IMG/VR virus record: IMGVR_UViG_3300020147_000023
Span: 1-26,864 of that record
Source of the DNA: a virus
Lineage: Duplodnaviria > Caudoviricetes
DNA: 26,864 nt
Strand: one strand, 5' to 3'
Below the pieces are notes generated by a model that worked only from the letters and a program-made list of their open reading frames with translations, did no database searches and was not told where the DNA came from. Both the position numbers and the translations under genes were made by a program. Positions 25,591-26,864 of this stretch are shown here, piece by piece; within the stretch, counting starts at the first letter, position 1; each line of letters begins with the position of its first letter.

Positions 25591-26081
25591 AGAAGTCCGA
25601 CGCAGCCGAGCTCGTGATGCTCCTGCTCGGCGCCTACCCGCACGCCAAGGTGCATTCGCGCACGAGCCAGGTCTACGAGACGATGCTGGCCGACCTGGAC
25701 GTGGAGAGCGCTCGCGCTGCCGTGCAGCGTCTCATCACGACGAGCAAGTTCATGCCGACGGTCGCTGAGGTTCGAGCCGCGGCGGCTGATCTGGAGCGCG
25801 GCCCGGTGCGGAGCGGCGCCGATGCGTGGCTCGATGTGCTGGCGCAGATTCGGAGCGAGGGCTACTGCGGCGCTCCGCGGTTCGATGATGCGATCGTGAC
25901 GGCGCTGGTCGAGCGGTGGGGCTGGAGCAGGCTATGCCTAGAGGGCTCTCTCGAGGCGGACCGCGCGCGTTTCATCGAGGCATACGACTCGCTCGCTAAG
26001 CAGGCACGTGACCGTGAAGTGAGCGGGCTCGCATTGCCATCGGCGCCAGCGAGCAAGCGTCTCACGAAGGGGGCAGCGTGA
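25587..26081 (+). CDS. Replicative helicase loader/inhibitor (SPP1 G39P-like N-terminal domain)
   Basis: MKKSDAAELV..L.GAYP......VY..MLADL....A..AV...I.TSKFMPTVAEVR pattern. GTGA-coupled to the initiator. Confidence 0.78.
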   Translation: MKKSDAAELVMLLLGAYPHAKVHSRTSQVYETMLADLDVESARAAVQRLITTSKFMPTVAEVRAAAADLERGPVRSGADAWLDVLAQIRSEGYCGAPRFDDAIVTALVERWGWSRLCLEGSLEADRARFIEAYDSLAKQARDREVSGLALPSAPASKRLTKGAA

Positions 26082-26362
26082 CTTTCGCGAATCGACTGAT
26101 GGCAGACCCGGATGCACTTGCGCGGTCTCTCGCGAGACGTCACAACTTGGTCTGTAATGACGGTTCAGTCGTCTGCTGGAATTGCAGGCGTGAATCAGCG
26201 CTGATGCCGTCTCTGCATTGCGGCGCGTGCCTCGGGGAAACATGGCGCAGGCTCGGAATCATCGAGCCACGATGCGAGCAGCGAGAGCAGACGGAAGACG
26301 ACAAGCGCCTGATGGCGCCATTAACAGGAGCAGCAGAAGAACATGAGCAAAGCAACGAATAA
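26078..26362 (+). CDS. Hypothetical protein with two CxxC motifs (Zn-binding)
   Basis: GTGA overlap. CWNC...CGAC. Confidence 0.55.
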   Translation: MTFANRLMADPDALARSLARRHNLVCNDGSVVCWNCRRESALMPSLHCGACLGETWRRLGIIEPRCEQREQTEDDKRLMAPLTGAAEEHEQSNE

Positions 26363-26624
26363 GACGGTTCTGGTCACCACCGCGCATCGCGGAGTCTTCT
26401 GGGGGCGTATCGAATCTAAGCGCGACAAGGGCCGGACCTTGGTTCTGTCGGGCGCACGAAATGCCATCTACTGGGCCACGACCAAAGGATTTGTCGAGCT
26501 GGCGCAGGTGGGCCCGAACAAGTCGAGCAAGATTGGCATGGCAGCTACGCGCATCACGTTGCACGACGTGACGAGCGTCACCGAGTGCACCGAAGCCGCT
26601 GCGAGGGCTTGGGAGGCCGCGTGA
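26343..26624 (+). CDS. Conserved phage hypothetical protein (DUF6948-like, small beta-barrel)
   Basis: VLVTTAHRGVFWG.......LVLSGARNAIYW....GFVELAQVGP...SKI......LHDVTSVTECT..A...WE pattern recalled from phage proteins found next to Gly-X repeat genes. Family name is from memory. Confidence 0.65.
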   Translation: MSKATNKTVLVTTAHRGVFWGRIESKRDKGRTLVLSGARNAIYWATTKGFVELAQVGPNKSSKIGMAATRITLHDVTSVTECTEAAARAWEAA

Positions 26625-26864
26625 AGCCAAGAACGCTTCGTGTGGTCACTGTCGATGACATCGTACGCGGTGGAGCGTGCCTGGAAGGAACCTTAGCCTG
26701 GAGGGACGCAAAGGCGCCGCTATGCACCGCGATCAGTGTGGATGAAGCACTGGGCCTGGCGAGCGCGGAAGAGGCGCAGTATGTCGCCATGGCCTCGGGG
26801 CGAGCAGGCAACGGCGACGGCGACGGCAACGGCGACGGCAACGGCTACGGCTACGGCAACGGCT
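26621..26864 (+). CDS. Gly-(Asn/Asp/Tyr) repeat protein, 3'-truncated
   Basis: GGGAGG RBS, GTGA overlap, open to the window end. VKPRTLRVVTVDDIVRGGACLEG...GNGDGDGNGDGNGYGYGNG. Confidence 0.7.
   Translation, partial: MKPRTLRVVTVDDIVRGGACLEGTLAWRDAKAPLCTAISVDEALGLASAEEAQYVAMASGRAGNGDGDGNGDGNGYGYGNG
26807..26864 (+). repeat. (GGC-[A/G/T]AC)n hexamer repeat, 9 full units before the window end
   Basis: Read directly from the sequence. Confidence 0.9.

Larger units (their letters stand above)
1..26864. mobile_element. Temperate tailed bacteriophage genome segment (podovirus-like morphogenesis genes), attP/excised configuration
   Basis: Terminase, portal, tail fibre, nozzle, ejection proteins, endolysin, integrase and replication genes are tightly packed, with many ATGA/GTGA overlaps. 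No host housekeeping genes. Phage genes lie on both sides of the att core. Confidence 0.95.

Noticed and set aside
26807-26864. DGR variable region (AAC to GAC/TAC changes)
   Set aside because: Only the first codon position varies, the second A is invariant, and no reverse transcriptase or template repeat is in the window.

Overview
The whole window is part of a high-GC temperate tailed phage with podovirus-like virion genes, read in its excised (attP) form. A myxobacterial host is plausible but is inference only. From left to right: a 5'-truncated repeat-rich tail fibre; two leftward secreted/lipoprotein 'moron' genes; a lysis cassette with an M15 peptidase endolysin; a tail nozzle-like protein; three large ejection (DNA-delivery) proteins; two small ORFs; a ~100-nt circularly permuted tRNA-like RNA with bacterial Y RNA (YrlA) architecture; a leftward large terminase divergent from portal, scaffold-like and tandem double-GroES genes; a leftward RHH regulator and membrane protein; and a rightward early operon (small ORF, tyrosine integrase, replication initiator, helicase loader/inhibitor, small ORFs, truncated Gly-repeat protein). 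The main observations are (1) the permuted tRNA mimic with no Ro60/Rsr gene in the window; (2) attP, the 3' half of tRNA-Leu(GAG), lying inside the integrase ORF and upstream of translationally coupled replication genes, so integration would both recode Int and cut the replication genes off from their promoter; (3) a 38-bp inverted-repeat/promoter element duplicated in front of both structural operons; (4) a Cpn20-like tandem GroES. No major capsid or small terminase gene was recognised. All product calls come from motif recognition by eye, without database searches.
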